A stretch of 47,939 nucleotides of DNA from a virus (Duplodnaviria > Caudoviricetes): positions 1 through 47,939 of IMG/VR virus record IMGVR_UViG_3300031953_000030. One strand, given 5' to 3'. The position numbers and the translations under genes are program-made. Below the pieces are notes generated by a model that saw nothing but the letters and a program-made list of their open reading frames with translations, was not told the origin of the DNA and did not search any database. Below, one piece after another: positions 9,698 to 19,093 of the stretch (positions within the stretch are counted from its first letter, which is position 1; every line of letters begins with the position of its first letter).

Positions 9698-10489
9698 ATG
9701 GCTGTCTGGCCAAACGGTTTGAAGACGCGCCCGACGCTGTCGTCGCTCTGGAAAGAGTACAGCGGCGTTTACGCCAAGGATCATTGGGGCTTCGACACGT
9801 ACGGGTTCAGGTACAACTGCGCTATCGCTGCCGGGGTTATCGTCAAGATCGGCTACAACACTTTCGGCGGTGGCGGCCATGAGGTTTACCTCAAGCTCGA
9901 TGGTAGCGGCGACATCATTCTCTACTATCACAACGCAGCCGACTTGCTCGTCGTTGTAGGCCAGCGAGTGGTTGCCGGGCAACGTCTCGGCATCCAAAGC
10001 AATAGCGGCAAGACCTACGGAATCCATCTGCACCTAGAGGTGTGGCTGGGCGGCTACCGCTCGCGCCGCACTGACCCATTGCCCTACATCACAAAACTCG
10101 TCGGCACGTCGCCTGCGAGTGATAGCAGCACACCCCTACCTACAATGGAAGAGAGCGCTAACATGCGATCAATCAAGCACGCCACCACTGGGGAGCACAC
10201 GCTCGTTGGTGAATTTACAACAACCAAAATGAACTCCGCCTTCGCCAACGACGCAGCACAGGTATGGAACGCCGACAAGCAACACGAAGTACTTGACGAC
10301 GCAAGCTACAAACGCGTCACCTACCTAGCCGAAGAGCAGGGCCGCAAGCTTCACCTTGCTATGGCAAACGCAGCAGAGGCGGCAGTTACCAAGGCATTGG
10401 CGGGGCTACCAGTCAGCAGCGCAAAGGTGCCCACCGCGAAAGAGATTGCTATTGCTTTTGTTGCCGAGATGAAACTACCCGGCAACTAG
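9698..10489 (+). CDS. Endolysin, M23 peptidase domain
   Basis: HWGFD (HxxxD), YYH and HLHLE (HxH) motifs; first gene of the lysis cassette. Confidence 0.9.
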   Translation: MAVWPNGLKTRPTLSSLWKEYSGVYAKDHWGFDTYGFRYNCAIAAGVIVKIGYNTFGGGGHEVYLKLDGSGDIILYYHNAADLLVVVGQRVVAGQRLGIQSNSGKTYGIHLHLEVWLGGYRSRRTDPLPYITKLVGTSPASDSSTPLPTMEESANMRSIKHATTGEHTLVGEFTTTKMNSAFANDAAQVWNADKQHEVLDDASYKRVTYLAEEQGRKLHLAMANAAEAAVTKALAGLPVSSAKVPTAKEIAIAFVAEMKLPGN

Positions 10490-10502
10490 GCAGTGTAAGA
10501 CA

Positions 10503-10967
10503 ATGCCAATCGACCGAACCCGCTCCCCAACACTGATGTCCGTGGCCTACGGGCTGACTGTTGTGCATGGTATTTTGACGCTGCTTGCGCCATCAATCTA
10601 CGTGCAGAACGTTCTCGGTGTCGGAATTGTGTACCTCTACGGCACATCCTTCATATTGGGGGGAATTGTGGGGCTGTATGCAACACTGAAACCTAATTTC
10701 AAAATTGAGGGTGTTGTACTGTGGCCCCTAGCTGGTGCTTACGGTCTGTATGCAATTGCCTTATGGGTTCTTTTTGCAGACCAAACGGCAAAAGGCATCG
10801 GCACCACCTCCCCTTACGCCATAATCGACATTGCAGCCACTTATGGCCCTTCGCTAGTGTCTACGCTAGCTTGCGTCCTCATGGCATGGAAGGCGCTATA
10901 CTTGGCTGGGGTGATGGAACACTATGTGAGGGAAGCGGCGGGTCGTAAAGATGCAGGAATCATATGA
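10503..10967 (+). CDS. Membrane protein (about 4 TM), lysis cassette
   Basis: Four hydrophobic segments; follows the endolysin. Confidence 0.7.
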   Translation: MPIDRTRSPTLMSVAYGLTVVHGILTLLAPSIYVQNVLGVGIVYLYGTSFILGGIVGLYATLKPNFKIEGVVLWPLAGAYGLYAIALWVLFADQTAKGIGTTSPYAIIDIAATYGPSLVSTLACVLMAWKALYLAGVMEHYVREAAGRKDAGII

Positions 10968-11313
10968 TTTTGCGCCGCTAGTCGGCCTCGCAATAACTGC
11001 CCTAATTTCCGTAGTAACTGGTGCTGCTGGTGCCCAGTTTATCGCCGGAATGTTCGCATCCAAGCGCGGAGTGAGGGGTGACGAACTGAAGCGGGAAGAG
11101 AACAGTACCGCAAGATTCAATGCCATCTTTGCAGCACAAGATGTTATGATCAACAAGCAAGGCGAGCAGGTGGACACTCTAATGGAGCAAGTCGGAAGCC
11201 TGAAGGCTGAGATGTCTAAAATCCAGAGGCAACTTATGGCTGGAGATAATTACACCAGAAGGTTGATTGCACTACTGGATGAGCATACAATTGAACCACC
11301 CCCACGTGACTAA
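10951..11313 (+). CDS. Membrane-anchored coiled-coil protein, lysis cassette
   Basis: N-terminal TM, coiled coil, PPP tail. Confidence 0.7.
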   Translation: MQESYDFAPLVGLAITALISVVTGAAGAQFIAGMFASKRGVRGDELKREENSTARFNAIFAAQDVMINKQGEQVDTLMEQVGSLKAEMSKIQRQLMAGDNYTRRLIALLDEHTIEPPPRD

Positions 11314-11348
11314 TATGGGGAACAAGCAAACAGAAAGAGGATTTGTCT

Positions 11349-11543
11349 ATGGTTAACAAGATCAACGAATACCGGAAGGCTATTGCAGCTTTCCTTGTCC
11401 CCGCACTCGTGGCGCTTGCTGGCGCGCTTGCTGATGGTGCCATCTCCGCACAAGAGTGGGTTAGCATCGCTATTGCAGCACTCGGCACGTCGCTCGCCGT
11501 TGGCGCTATTGCCAACAAGAGTGCCGCTGGTGACACCCTTTGA
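11349..11543 (+). CDS. Holin (2 TM)
   Basis: YRKAIAAFLV..DG.IS..EW..IA.AALG pattern; AGAGG RBS. Confidence 0.8.
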   Translation: MVNKINEYRKAIAAFLVPALVALAGALADGAISAQEWVSIAIAALGTSLAVGAIANKSAAGDTL

Positions 11544-11617
11544 GCGGTGGGAATGACTACGAAGTTCCGATGGACCCCAATGACTTGGTGGAAGATTCTA
11601 CGTCTTGTTGCCAGTAA
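11540..11617 (+). CDS. Putative 25-aa acidic micropeptide MSGGNDYEVPMDPNDLVEDSTSCCQ
   Basis: TTGA overlap with the holin stop; below the ORF-track cutoff. Confidence 0.45.
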   Translation: MSGGNDYEVPMDPNDLVEDSTSCCQ

Positions 11618-11650
11618 CGGGTAAAGATAGCGAATAATGGAAGATTGAGG

Positions 11651-11694
11651 TAAAATAGCCACCGGGCTACAACTCGGTGGCTATTTGCTTTTCT
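11651..11694 (+). terminator. Intrinsic terminator overlapped by a -10 box
   Basis: TAAAAT 11651-11656; stem AAATAGCCACCG/CGGTGGCTATTT 11653-11686; then GCTTTTCT. Confidence 0.75.
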
Positions 11695-11707
11695 GGAGGG
11701 AGCGCAA

Positions 11708-12478
11708 TTGACGAATGTAAACAATAGGATCGACCCGGCGGTATATGGACTCCACGCTGGTGATGAGGTCTACTTCTACGTTGGATTCACTACAAAGAAC
11801 TCTGACAACAGGCGCTATGAACATATCTATCGAGCGCGTTCCGGGCACGCGGCGGCGGTGTATGACAGGATCAGAGAGATAGGACTGGCCAATCTGTGCG
11901 TTACTGATCTTGTGAAGATTTCAGACGTGTCCAGCGGAAAGCGTGTCGAGGCTGAGAAGATTAAGGAGTTGATCGACCTAGGGTTTCCCATCAGGAACAC
12001 TTTAGGCCGCGACGGAGTTCCCGACTCTCTGCCCGAAGAGATGCGGAGTACGATGGCATCCACGCGGCGTGGCAAGGCTACTTGGATAAAGGGCAAGACT
12101 GGCGAAGATGCTGGGTGGACCGATTCGCGCCGTTTGGCGATGTCTGAGAGTGCTAGGATTAGGGCAGAAAATAGGGAGCCTAAGCATGGCACTAAGAATG
12201 AGTACAGCCTGCATAGTTGCCGTTGCGACTTGTGCTTTTCAGCCGCTCGCAACCCTAAGGCAAAGGCTCAGACTCACGGGAGATACCTGTACAAGCGTGA
12301 TCGCTGTCGGTGCGAGGTCTGCGTGAAGGCTAACCGCGACTATCTCAACAAGTGGTACGCCGAAAAAGCTCGCCTCCAGCGGGAATCTAGCAATTATAGA
12401 AAGGGGTACGCAGAACCCCCAGTGCTTATTCAGGCTGGGGGTTTTGTCATGCCTTGGGCCAATACGCTTGGATCGTAG
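11708..12478 (+). CDS. GIY-YIG family homing endonuclease with C-terminal Cys/His repeats
   Basis: VYGL...YVGFT, R..EH and conserved E; NUMOD-like RGK..WIKGK; two HG..Y...CRC..C repeats; GGAGG RBS with TTG start. Confidence 0.75.
   Translation: MTNVNNRIDPAVYGLHAGDEVYFYVGFTTKNSDNRRYEHIYRARSGHAAAVYDRIREIGLANLCVTDLVKISDVSSGKRVEAEKIKELIDLGFPIRNTLGRDGVPDSLPEEMRSTMASTRRGKATWIKGKTGEDAGWTDSRRLAMSESARIRAENREPKHGTKNEYSLHSCRCDLCFSAARNPKAKAQTHGRYLYKRDRCRCEVCVKANRDYLNKWYAEKARLQRESSNYRKGYAEPPVLIQAGGFVMPWANTLGS
12413..12445. terminator. Hairpin terminator between the convergent arms
   Basis: AACCCCCAG/CTGGGGGTT stem just past the stop of the minus-strand resolvase gene. Confidence 0.7.
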
Positions 12479-12956
12479 GCCGGTGCACGAGCGTATTCTT
12501 CATGTAGTAGATAAGGTGTTTCATGGCCGAGTTTGCGTCATCTGCATCGGGTTGCCCTACGGTCTTGCCAGTACTCCACAAGCCTTGCTCTTTCAGGAAC
12601 GCATCGTTGGCTTGTTTGCGTGTGGGGTAGCCGCGCTTTCCCACGATGAGTTGGCATCCGGCTCGTTGCCACCGCTTGTCTGTGTAGTCGGTTGGCATGA
12701 GTCCGTGCTGCATGAGTGCCGCTTCTATCCGTACAGGCTCAATAGTTTCGGCGGTGTGGGAGAACCCATCATTGCTGAGCGGCACAAAGCGTTCGCATAC
12801 TAACAGTCCGCCTATCTTCTTTAGTTCAGCATAGTCAGGGTGCCCAAGGAACTGTCGACGCTCAAGAATATGTAACGGCTTATCGAGCCAAAACTCAGCC
12901 ACCACCATGCCGGTTGATACTCCGGGGTCAATGGCGGTTATCAGTCGGCTACCCAT
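12447..12956 (-). CDS. RuvC-like Holliday junction resolvase
   Basis: AIDPGVSTG, CERF and DANSAMKH RNase H-fold motifs. Confidence 0.8.
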   Translation of the reverse strand: MGSRLITAIDPGVSTGMVVAEFWLDKPLHILERRQFLGHPDYAELKKIGGLLVCERFVPLSNDGFSHTAETIEPVRIEAALMQHGLMPTDYTDKRWQRAGCQLIVGKRGYPTRKQANDAFLKEQGLWSTGKTVGQPDADDANSAMKHLIYYMKNTLVHRPTIQAYWPKA

Positions 12957-13107
12957 TTGGGGTAAACCCGACTCTGCTACCTACGCCTTCCATTTTCTCC
13001 ACATTTGGCAGGTGCACCTTCCTCCACCTGTCCAGCACTCGGCCCGCACCCCAGAGTGCGTGGATTTCTATGTTGGCACCGTTCGGCAGTGTTTCGCTAA
13101 TCTTCAA
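12949..13107 (-). CDS. Hypothetical protein, 52 aa (MKISETLPNG...)
   Basis: GAGGAGG RBS with TTG start; fills the gap with overlaps at both ends. Confidence 0.55.
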   Translation of the reverse strand: MKISETLPNGANIEIHALWGAGRVLDRWRKVHLPNVEKMEGVGSRVGFTPNG

Positions 13108-13510
13108 AAAGTACCTCCTCATCTTTCACAACAATGTCGAACCATTCTTGGAACGCACCATATTTGTCCATAAACTTACGTCCGGGCATGAAGTTTGTCT
13201 TGCCATCATCATCTTCCCATACAATCCCAACAGGGTCGTAGGTGAGTGCGTCAACGAATGATCCACCGTTCCATACTGCCTGAAACCATACTCCGTCAGT
13301 CCAGCACACAAGGAATGTGAACTTGGAAACCTTCTCAGGCTTCTTCACGCCAGCGTTCGGGCCTGTCTTGTTTGGTTCCGGCTGGGATCGTACTTCCGAT
13401 TGACGGATTGAGGTCATCCATCCAGCGGCCACGCAACGTTGGTGAAGCTTCTTGGCTTTCGCTGGGATGTCTTTCTCTTCTGCCCAGTCTGCCCAGACTA
13501 TTTCACTCAA
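13097..13510 (-). CDS. Hypothetical protein
   Basis: ORF in the operon; start uncertain (13510 or 13543). Confidence 0.65.
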   Translation of the reverse strand: MSEIVWADWAEEKDIPAKAKKLHQRCVAAGWMTSIRQSEVRSQPEPNKTGPNAGVKKPEKVSKFTFLVCWTDGVWFQAVWNGGSFVDALTYDPVGIVWEDDDGKTNFMPGRKFMDKYGAFQEWFDIVVKDEEVLFED

Positions 13511-13856
13511 AGCGCACGCTCGATACTGTCTCTTCAGGCTCAAGTTCGGTCACTTCGGCACCGAACCATTCTGATAGTTTCTCGGTGAATCCACTGTGTG
13601 GGTGTTCCGTTTCGCCTAGTGCCCAGAGTAGTTTTTGTGCCATGTCGGCGGGGGATTCTGCGATCACTGATTCGCAGAGGAACGGTGGGTTATCTTTGTG
13701 GCACAGGACGCGACCGGGCTGGCCGTGGACGGCTTTTACGGGCTTTACCTTATAAGGCAACCCGGCACGTTCTTTTGTGGCCCGTATGGCCTGTAGGAAC
13801 CGTTCCGGCATTGCGCCTTCAGGGGAGTATAGGTAGAGCGGTCTGATGTCATCCAT
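13503..13856 (-). CDS. Hypothetical protein
   Basis: GGGAGG RBS before ATG 13856; coupled to the primase stop. Confidence 0.65.
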   Translation of the reverse strand: MDDIRPLYLYSPEGAMPERFLQAIRATKERAGLPYKVKPVKAVHGQPGRVLCHKDNPPFLCESVIAESPADMAQKLLWALGETEHPHSGFTEKLSEWFGAEVTELEPEETVSSVRFE

Positions 13857-16233
13857 TGATTGCCTCCCATTTCCCATCCTTATTGTTCTCTTTAATAAGT
13901 TTCTGCTGCATCAGCGACTTCGTAACATTATCCAACTGGAAACCCATATCCTTGAACTGACGGTACGTTTCAGCCTTACTCACACTCTCACGCTTCTGAA
14001 CAAACTGGAGAACCTTATCAAGCTGTGCAGTCCAATCGTTCGATGCGACACCCTCCATCAGCTTTATGAGGTTGGGAACCCACTCTTCGGCAGCACGAAC
14101 AGCAACAAGAACATCATCAACCTCAATAAGTTTTGAACCACGAGACATCGCAATAAGCGCAGCACACTTCCACATACTAATACCCATACGCAACATTGAT
14201 GGCTCAATCATGCTTTGCGCAAGAGCGTGCCCAGCATACGGAACAAACAAGTCACGGCGAGCCTTAGACAACCGATCTCGTGCTTCAGGTGTTTGACGTA
14301 TCGGGTGCGGTTGCATATCAAAACGTGACAGACGCAACGTGGTTACATGATGCTGCAACTCGGAAGACATCGCCTTCACGTAAGGGTCATAACCTAACGA
14401 AATCTCATCATCATCCTGCTCGGCAGTCTCAAGCGACTGTGCGGTAATGTTACGCGGGTTACCGAAGTAGGGGATGAAGCGAGCAATGAAACCATCCTCC
14501 ACCTGACCGCGAGTGAGGGAACCCATGATCTTTTCGGGAACACCCATCAGCCACACAACAAGGTAACCCTTGGCGGACTTGCCACCATCTTCGTCACCGA
14601 TTCTTAGACGGCCAGAAATGCGTCCCTCATACCAGTCGGTAATCTTTTGCTGCAACCCAGAAGAGTAACCACCCTTTTGAGACATGCGGTCAAACAGTTG
14701 ATCACCTTCGTCAAGGTTGAAGAATGTTGTCTCACCGTCACGTTCAATCATCTTCTTGTGCATTGCCTCCGGTGAAGGGTCACCGCCAATGTCAACACCG
14801 TCAAAGATTGATCCTAGAACGAATCGCAATGTGGACAGGAGTTGGTTCTTGCCTTCACCTTTACCGGATGTTGTTTGACCCATTGGCATAACGTACAGGT
14901 TCAACCCCAAGCCTCCGGGTGTTCCCTTCTTGGGCACAACACCGATGTTGCCAAATACGAGCGATAGGAGTGTCCATGCGTTTGCTCGGTGGTAGGGCAG
15001 GTTTGGTGTTTCTTCCCGCAGACCTGCAACGTACTGGTACTTGTCAATGAAGTTGGGCATGAAGCGTAGGCGTTCACGCTCGTCATCGGTCAACAGCGAG
15101 TGTTCCACCCCGGCCGTTGCTGGTGATTCTTCGAGCGGTTCGTAAGCTACAACTTCATTCCACACGTCGGCAACGTGCTCGGCAACGTTCTGTTGCGAGT
15201 GCCACACGAATGACATAATCTCTTGCCGGTCAGCACCAGCGTTGTACATTGTCTGGATGAGGGCGCGACGGTTTGAGTCTGAGACTTCCTTGTCACCCCA
15301 GAAGTAATCCTCCACACCATCAATACGTTCGATGATGTCTGTCATCTGAGACTTGGGTAGTTCGTCAGGCCATGCATGTCCACCGGCACGGCGTACTGCA
15401 CCAGCTATTGCGTCATCAAGTTCTTTACGGTATTCAGAAGAATTATATGGCGGCTTCACCCATGTTGCTTCAATAGTTTTCAAAGCCCACTCGATACCAG
15501 TGTGACCCTCAGCGCCCAAACGCACAATATGGTACGTGGTTCGCAGAACGTCATCGTGGTTGAACTTCTCACGCGGCATACGCTCAATGGCTGCACGCAC
15601 AGTCTCGGTGGGATCACCAGTGGGCAGTGTCGAAAGCCAGTCCCCGATGTCGCCACCAAAACCTTCGTGGTCAATATCATCAGTTTTGCGGAGCGCTTCG
15701 ATCCATGCTTCGGGGAGCATTTCAAAGTCATCAGGTGAGGGCATTCCCCACATTGGCTCGCCTTCAGCGTCAAACCACTCGTACTGCGCCCCGGTGCGGG
15801 GGTGGAATGATGGTGCAACTACGGCGTAGCGGTGTGAGCGTTGAACAATTTCTACATTGCTAGAGAGGCGACTGATCGCCTCGTACCCTTCGGGGACAAT
15901 GAAGAAGTGTTGGCGTGATGGTGACTCTTGGCCGCGTGCCGTGGAGGACGGTGTTACTGGCAGTGGGCCATGCTTAGCTTCCCACTCTGCTAGGTCTTCT
16001 GCACCCTTTTTGTCCTCGTAGTGGTCTACGTCAATGGAAATCCAACCGTTTGGTCGTAGTGCTACGTTTGCGTCCGTGTAGCGTTCATCCTTGAGCCAGT
16101 GTGCGATCTTGTCAGCGGTGACGGTGCCTTCACGTCCCGTTGCGCCTTTGGGAATTCCCGTCTTTGTTAGTACCGGAATTGGCTCAAACCCTAGTGAGAG
16201 GTAGTCCAGTGCGGACTCTTTGAATGCGCTGAT
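13849..16233 (-). CDS. Bifunctional primase/polymerase (Prim-Pol) fused to a helicase-like DUF3987-type domain
   Basis: ISIDVD, RQHFF and YAVVAPSFHP prim-pol motifs; Walker A GQTTSGKG; LDEG; start probably ATC 16233 (ORF track gives 16314). Confidence 0.88.
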   Translation of the reverse strand: MSAFKESALDYLSLGFEPIPVLTKTGIPKGATGREGTVTADKIAHWLKDERYTDANVALRPNGWISIDVDHYEDKKGAEDLAEWEAKHGPLPVTPSSTARGQESPSRQHFFIVPEGYEAISRLSSNVEIVQRSHRYAVVAPSFHPRTGAQYEWFDAEGEPMWGMPSPDDFEMLPEAWIEALRKTDDIDHEGFGGDIGDWLSTLPTGDPTETVRAAIERMPREKFNHDDVLRTTYHIVRLGAEGHTGIEWALKTIEATWVKPPYNSSEYRKELDDAIAGAVRRAGGHAWPDELPKSQMTDIIERIDGVEDYFWGDKEVSDSNRRALIQTMYNAGADRQEIMSFVWHSQQNVAEHVADVWNEVVAYEPLEESPATAGVEHSLLTDDERERLRFMPNFIDKYQYVAGLREETPNLPYHRANAWTLLSLVFGNIGVVPKKGTPGGLGLNLYVMPMGQTTSGKGEGKNQLLSTLRFVLGSIFDGVDIGGDPSPEAMHKKMIERDGETTFFNLDEGDQLFDRMSQKGGYSSGLQQKITDWYEGRISGRLRIGDEDGGKSAKGYLVVWLMGVPEKIMGSLTRGQVEDGFIARFIPYFGNPRNITAQSLETAEQDDDEISLGYDPYVKAMSSELQHHVTTLRLSRFDMQPHPIRQTPEARDRLSKARRDLFVPYAGHALAQSMIEPSMLRMGISMWKCAALIAMSRGSKLIEVDDVLVAVRAAEEWVPNLIKLMEGVASNDWTAQLDKVLQFVQKRESVSKAETYRQFKDMGFQLDNVTKSLMQQKLIKENNKDGKWEAING

Positions 16234-16313
16234 TGTGGCCTCCCATCGTTTGTTGCGAAAGTTTAGTGTACCTGAGTCTCGATTCTGTTCACATCGGTAA
16301 GCCATGGAAGGCA

Positions 16314-16348
16314 ATGCCCCGCCACCCGATACGGGAGTGGCGGGGCAT
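16314..16348 (-). terminator. Hairpin terminator after ssb
   Basis: 12-bp stem ATGCCCCGCCAC/GTGGCGGGGCAT. Confidence 0.7.
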
Positions 16349-16403
16349 CTTGTTGCAAGGTGCTACGCGGTTGGTTCCATATGTTCAGGGGACTCTTCGT
16401 CCA

Positions 16404-16703
16404 CTAGAACGGACTTTCATCAGACGTTGCAGCTTCACTCAGCACTTTGGCTTCCGACTTGTTGATGGTGCGCTTGATGGTGTGACGGACTTCGCCCTCT
16501 TTTTCCCACTGGTCAACCTTGTCGCCGTGGATACCGTTCACCTGAACTTGTGCGCCTTCTGCGAGTCCGTGTTCGTTCTCGAAGAAAGCTGACCAACGCT
16601 TAGTGAAATCTTTGCCGTCAATCTGCCACTTCTCGGTGACTTCTGCGCCCTTGCCGTTGAAAAACGTTCGGGTTACTTCACCCTTTACTGTTACAAATGC
16701 CAT
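16404..16703 (-). CDS. ssb: Single-stranded DNA-binding protein
   Basis: OB-fold-like; acidic tail SDESPF. Confidence 0.85.
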   Translation of the reverse strand: MAFVTVKGEVTRTFFNGKGAEVTEKWQIDGKDFTKRWSAFFENEHGLAEGAQVQVNGIHGDKVDQWEKEGEVRHTIKRTINKSEAKVLSEAATSDESPF

Positions 16704-16937
16704 CTACTTCTCCTCCTTATATCGTGCTTCTTGAATTTTGCTAGATCGCCAAGAGTAACCCTCGACGTAAACGAATGCCTCATATCGCGGCTTGAACCAT
16801 TCAGAATCCTTATCCAAGAACCTCTCATGGGCCATGCCATCTTTGTAAGCGGGATATATGTTATCAAACTCCCCGCTATCGAGAATTAGAATCTGCTGTC
16901 CCGCTTCAATCTCATCTACCTTATAGATTCTACGCAT
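16704..16937 (-). CDS. Hypothetical protein
   Basis: ORF with GAGGGG RBS. Confidence 0.65.
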   Translation of the reverse strand: MRRIYKVDEIEAGQQILILDSGEFDNIYPAYKDGMAHERFLDKDSEWFKPRYEAFVYVEGYSWRSSKIQEARYKEEK

Positions 16938-16952
16938 TTCCCCAACCCCTCT

Positions 16953-17843
16953 CTACCAATTTACCTTATCAGGTTCCCGCGATTTCCGCAGAGCCTTCAC
17001 CTCCGCCTTACCCGAGTGCGCCTGAGCATACCCCAGAAAGACACTATACAACGCCGGGATGTCCTCAGCCTCAACCTCAACCAAATCCCAAAACGCTGGT
17101 GTAATACTACCAGTCAAAGGGTCAGCATAGGAAGGGCGAATATGAAGAAACCCACGCTTCTCCGGTTTCGGCAGAATAACCTTACGCCAGAACGTGACGT
17201 GCTTCTCTTTTGTCTCCCAATCAGTGTACGCAAACTTTGGTGACGCATCCGGGTGATCCTCGTCACACTCAACAAGACCATACTCGGATGACTCCAAAGC
17301 CGCCAACTGGTACTCGTGACCATCCCACAGGTTCTTGGAAGTCTTCAAGTCAAGAAGCCACAGCACGCCATCAATGTACCCGTAGAAGTCTAACGTACCC
17401 GCATGACGGCCACTATCGCTCCACACAGTTGTTTCCACATGGGCGGCCTCAACCTTGTGGGCTTCAAGAAATAGATTCCACTGAGCAACACACTGTATTA
17501 CTTCTTCATCCCACAGTTCTGGGTAGTTCCAGCCGCCTTCAAGGTCAGCTTCCACCCAGTTGTGTACTGCTGTGCCAATCTCGGCACGTTCGTCACGGAA
17601 ATCGTTGTGCTTGAACCGTGCACCTTGGAACGTTGCATCCGCCGTGCGGGTCAAAGCGAAACTTGGGTTTGTGGCAAAAAACCACGCCACGCGGTCAGCA
17701 GACCACTGTATTAGGTTGTCCTTGTTTTCCCCTTTGAGGATCGTGGTGACGGATGCAGCCGTTTCGTCTGTAAACGGGTTCTTGTAGTAGCGGCCATCAT
17801 CCTGCTTCTCTGAATAGTAGGAGGCTAGCTTGGGGGCGCTCAT
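16953..17843 (-). CDS. PD-(D/E)XK exonuclease (Cas4/RecB-like)
   Basis: SVTTIL, GTAVH, AGTLD, LLDLKTSK and QLAAL motifs. Confidence 0.88.
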   Translation of the reverse strand: MSAPKLASYYSEKQDDGRYYKNPFTDETAASVTTILKGENKDNLIQWSADRVAWFFATNPSFALTRTADATFQGARFKHNDFRDERAEIGTAVHNWVEADLEGGWNYPELWDEEVIQCVAQWNLFLEAHKVEAAHVETTVWSDSGRHAGTLDFYGYIDGVLWLLDLKTSKNLWDGHEYQLAALESSEYGLVECDEDHPDASPKFAYTDWETKEKHVTFWRKVILPKPEKRGFLHIRPSYADPLTGSITPAFWDLVEVEAEDIPALYSVFLGYAQAHSGKAEVKALRKSREPDKVNW

Positions 17844-18049
17844 ACCTCGTCTACCCCTCCCAGCCAAGGTGTGCTGGCAGGGCAAAGGCGCATTGCTGCC
17901 TGACGCATGGAAGATTGCACGTTATTCATCCCCGGCTTGCCGTTCAACTTTTTCGCATCCTCCACAAGCCAATAGGCCAGTTTAGTATCCGTAAGTTTGG
18001 AATGATAAGTACCGTCCGTTAGCGAGTTCATGTCGCTGTAGTCAGGCAT
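17840..18049 (-). CDS. Hypothetical protein
   Basis: TAATG and ATGA coupling at the two ends. Confidence 0.6.
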   Translation of the reverse strand: MPDYSDMNSLTDGTYHSKLTDTKLAYWLVEDAKKLNGKPGMNNVQSSMRQAAMRLCPASTPWLGGVDEV

Positions 18050-18723
18050 TACGCTACTTCCCCAGTGTTCAGGTGGGTCAACCAAGCACCAAGGCGTACT
18101 GCATCATCCTTCCACGATGCCGAATCCTCCGTGTGGAAATACTCGTTACCCTTGGCAATAATTCCAGCCGCAGACTTTATGCCCAACTTTGCCGCAATCT
18201 CCTTCTTCAGCGGGGCAACCTCAGCAGTAACCTTAGCCACCGCAGTAGCCTCAGCACGCTTCTCAGGCGGTGTCGCGGCTGGAGCGTCAGGAGCCTTCAA
18301 CGCAGCCTCCTCCACGGCGGTCTCCGAGATAAGGAACGCACGCTGCAAAGCATTCTTCAAAGCAAACGTAGACGCAATGTTCGGCGCAACAGCAGTACCC
18401 GTTGCCATGCCACCACCCGTACCAGAGATGGTCACCTCTGATCCGTCTTCGATGTGGATAATGCGGTACTTGCCCTCGATGATGAGGAACGATGTGCGTC
18501 GGCCGTCAGCACCAGTAAGGATTTCATCAGAAACAACAGTCTCGTTGGGGATCATAATAAGACCTACCTCAACAAACTTCTTCTTCACCTCATCAGCAAT
18601 ATCCTTCGCCGTGATGTACTTCTTGCCACCCATGTTGCTCGGAAGCTGCCCGGCAGCATCAACCTGCATGGACTTCAGTACTTCAGCAAACGCTCCGTAG
18701 ACTTTCTTCACCGAATCAGTCAT
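18049..18723 (-). CDS. ERF-family ssDNA annealing protein (recombinase)
   Basis: KY..AKDI, G.G and ASTFALKNAL...FLI ERF-like motifs; adjacent to the exonuclease and ssb. Confidence 0.75.
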   Translation of the reverse strand: MTDSVKKVYGAFAEVLKSMQVDAAGQLPSNMGGKKYITAKDIADEVKKKFVEVGLIMIPNETVVSDEILTGADGRRTSFLIIEGKYRIIHIEDGSEVTISGTGGGMATGTAVAPNIASTFALKNALQRAFLISETAVEEAALKAPDAPAATPPEKRAEATAVAKVTAEVAPLKKEIAAKLGIKSAAGIIAKGNEYFHTEDSASWKDDAVRLGAWLTHLNTGEVA

Positions 18724-18766
18724 CAGTTACCTCCTAAGTTGTAGGCCACACTTCGTGGCAAGAACA

Positions 18767-18795
18767 AACTTACCGAACCCGGCAAGCAGTGTCAA
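18767..18795 (-). promoter_or_regulatory. Sigma-A-type promoter for the recombination genes
   Basis: TTGACA-17 nt-TAAGTT on the minus strand. Confidence 0.8.
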
Positions 18796-19052
18796 GCAGT
18801 GTCAGGAAACTTATCAACAAAAAGTTTCCCACCCCACACCCCAGATGCGGCAGGATCAGCCTTACCATAATTCCGGCACGCCAACAGGATTGGGCAACCA
18901 GAACACAACTCTTGCGCCTCTTCATCGCTTGTTGCATTCTCGAAACGCCTAGACCTGCCAACACAGTTCGGTTCCCCAACCAGAATTGCGTCCCCCAACG
19001 CAACCGCAGCGCGTGTCTTACTCAATCTTTTCACAGCCAATAGTGCCCCCAA
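18792..19052 (-). CDS. whiB: WhiB-family transcription factor
   Basis: C...C..C.....C plus GVWGG; TGTTACAAT 10 nt upstream of the TTG. Confidence 0.8.
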   Translation of the reverse strand: MGALLAVKRLSKTRAAVALGDAILVGEPNCVGRSRRFENATSDEEAQELCSGCPILLACRNYGKADPAASGVWGGKLFVDKFPDTA

Positions 19053-19093
19053 TGAATAGCGTATTGTAACACTACACGCTGGGGGCACGTAAA

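Noticed and set aside
16953-17843. Cas4 as evidence of a CRISPR system
   Set aside because: No repeat-spacer array or other cas genes; the exonuclease-ERF-SSB context indicates recombination
18784-18804. 10-bp tandem repeat AAGCAGTGTC
   Set aside because: A local duplication of the -35 region at the whiB stop; no array
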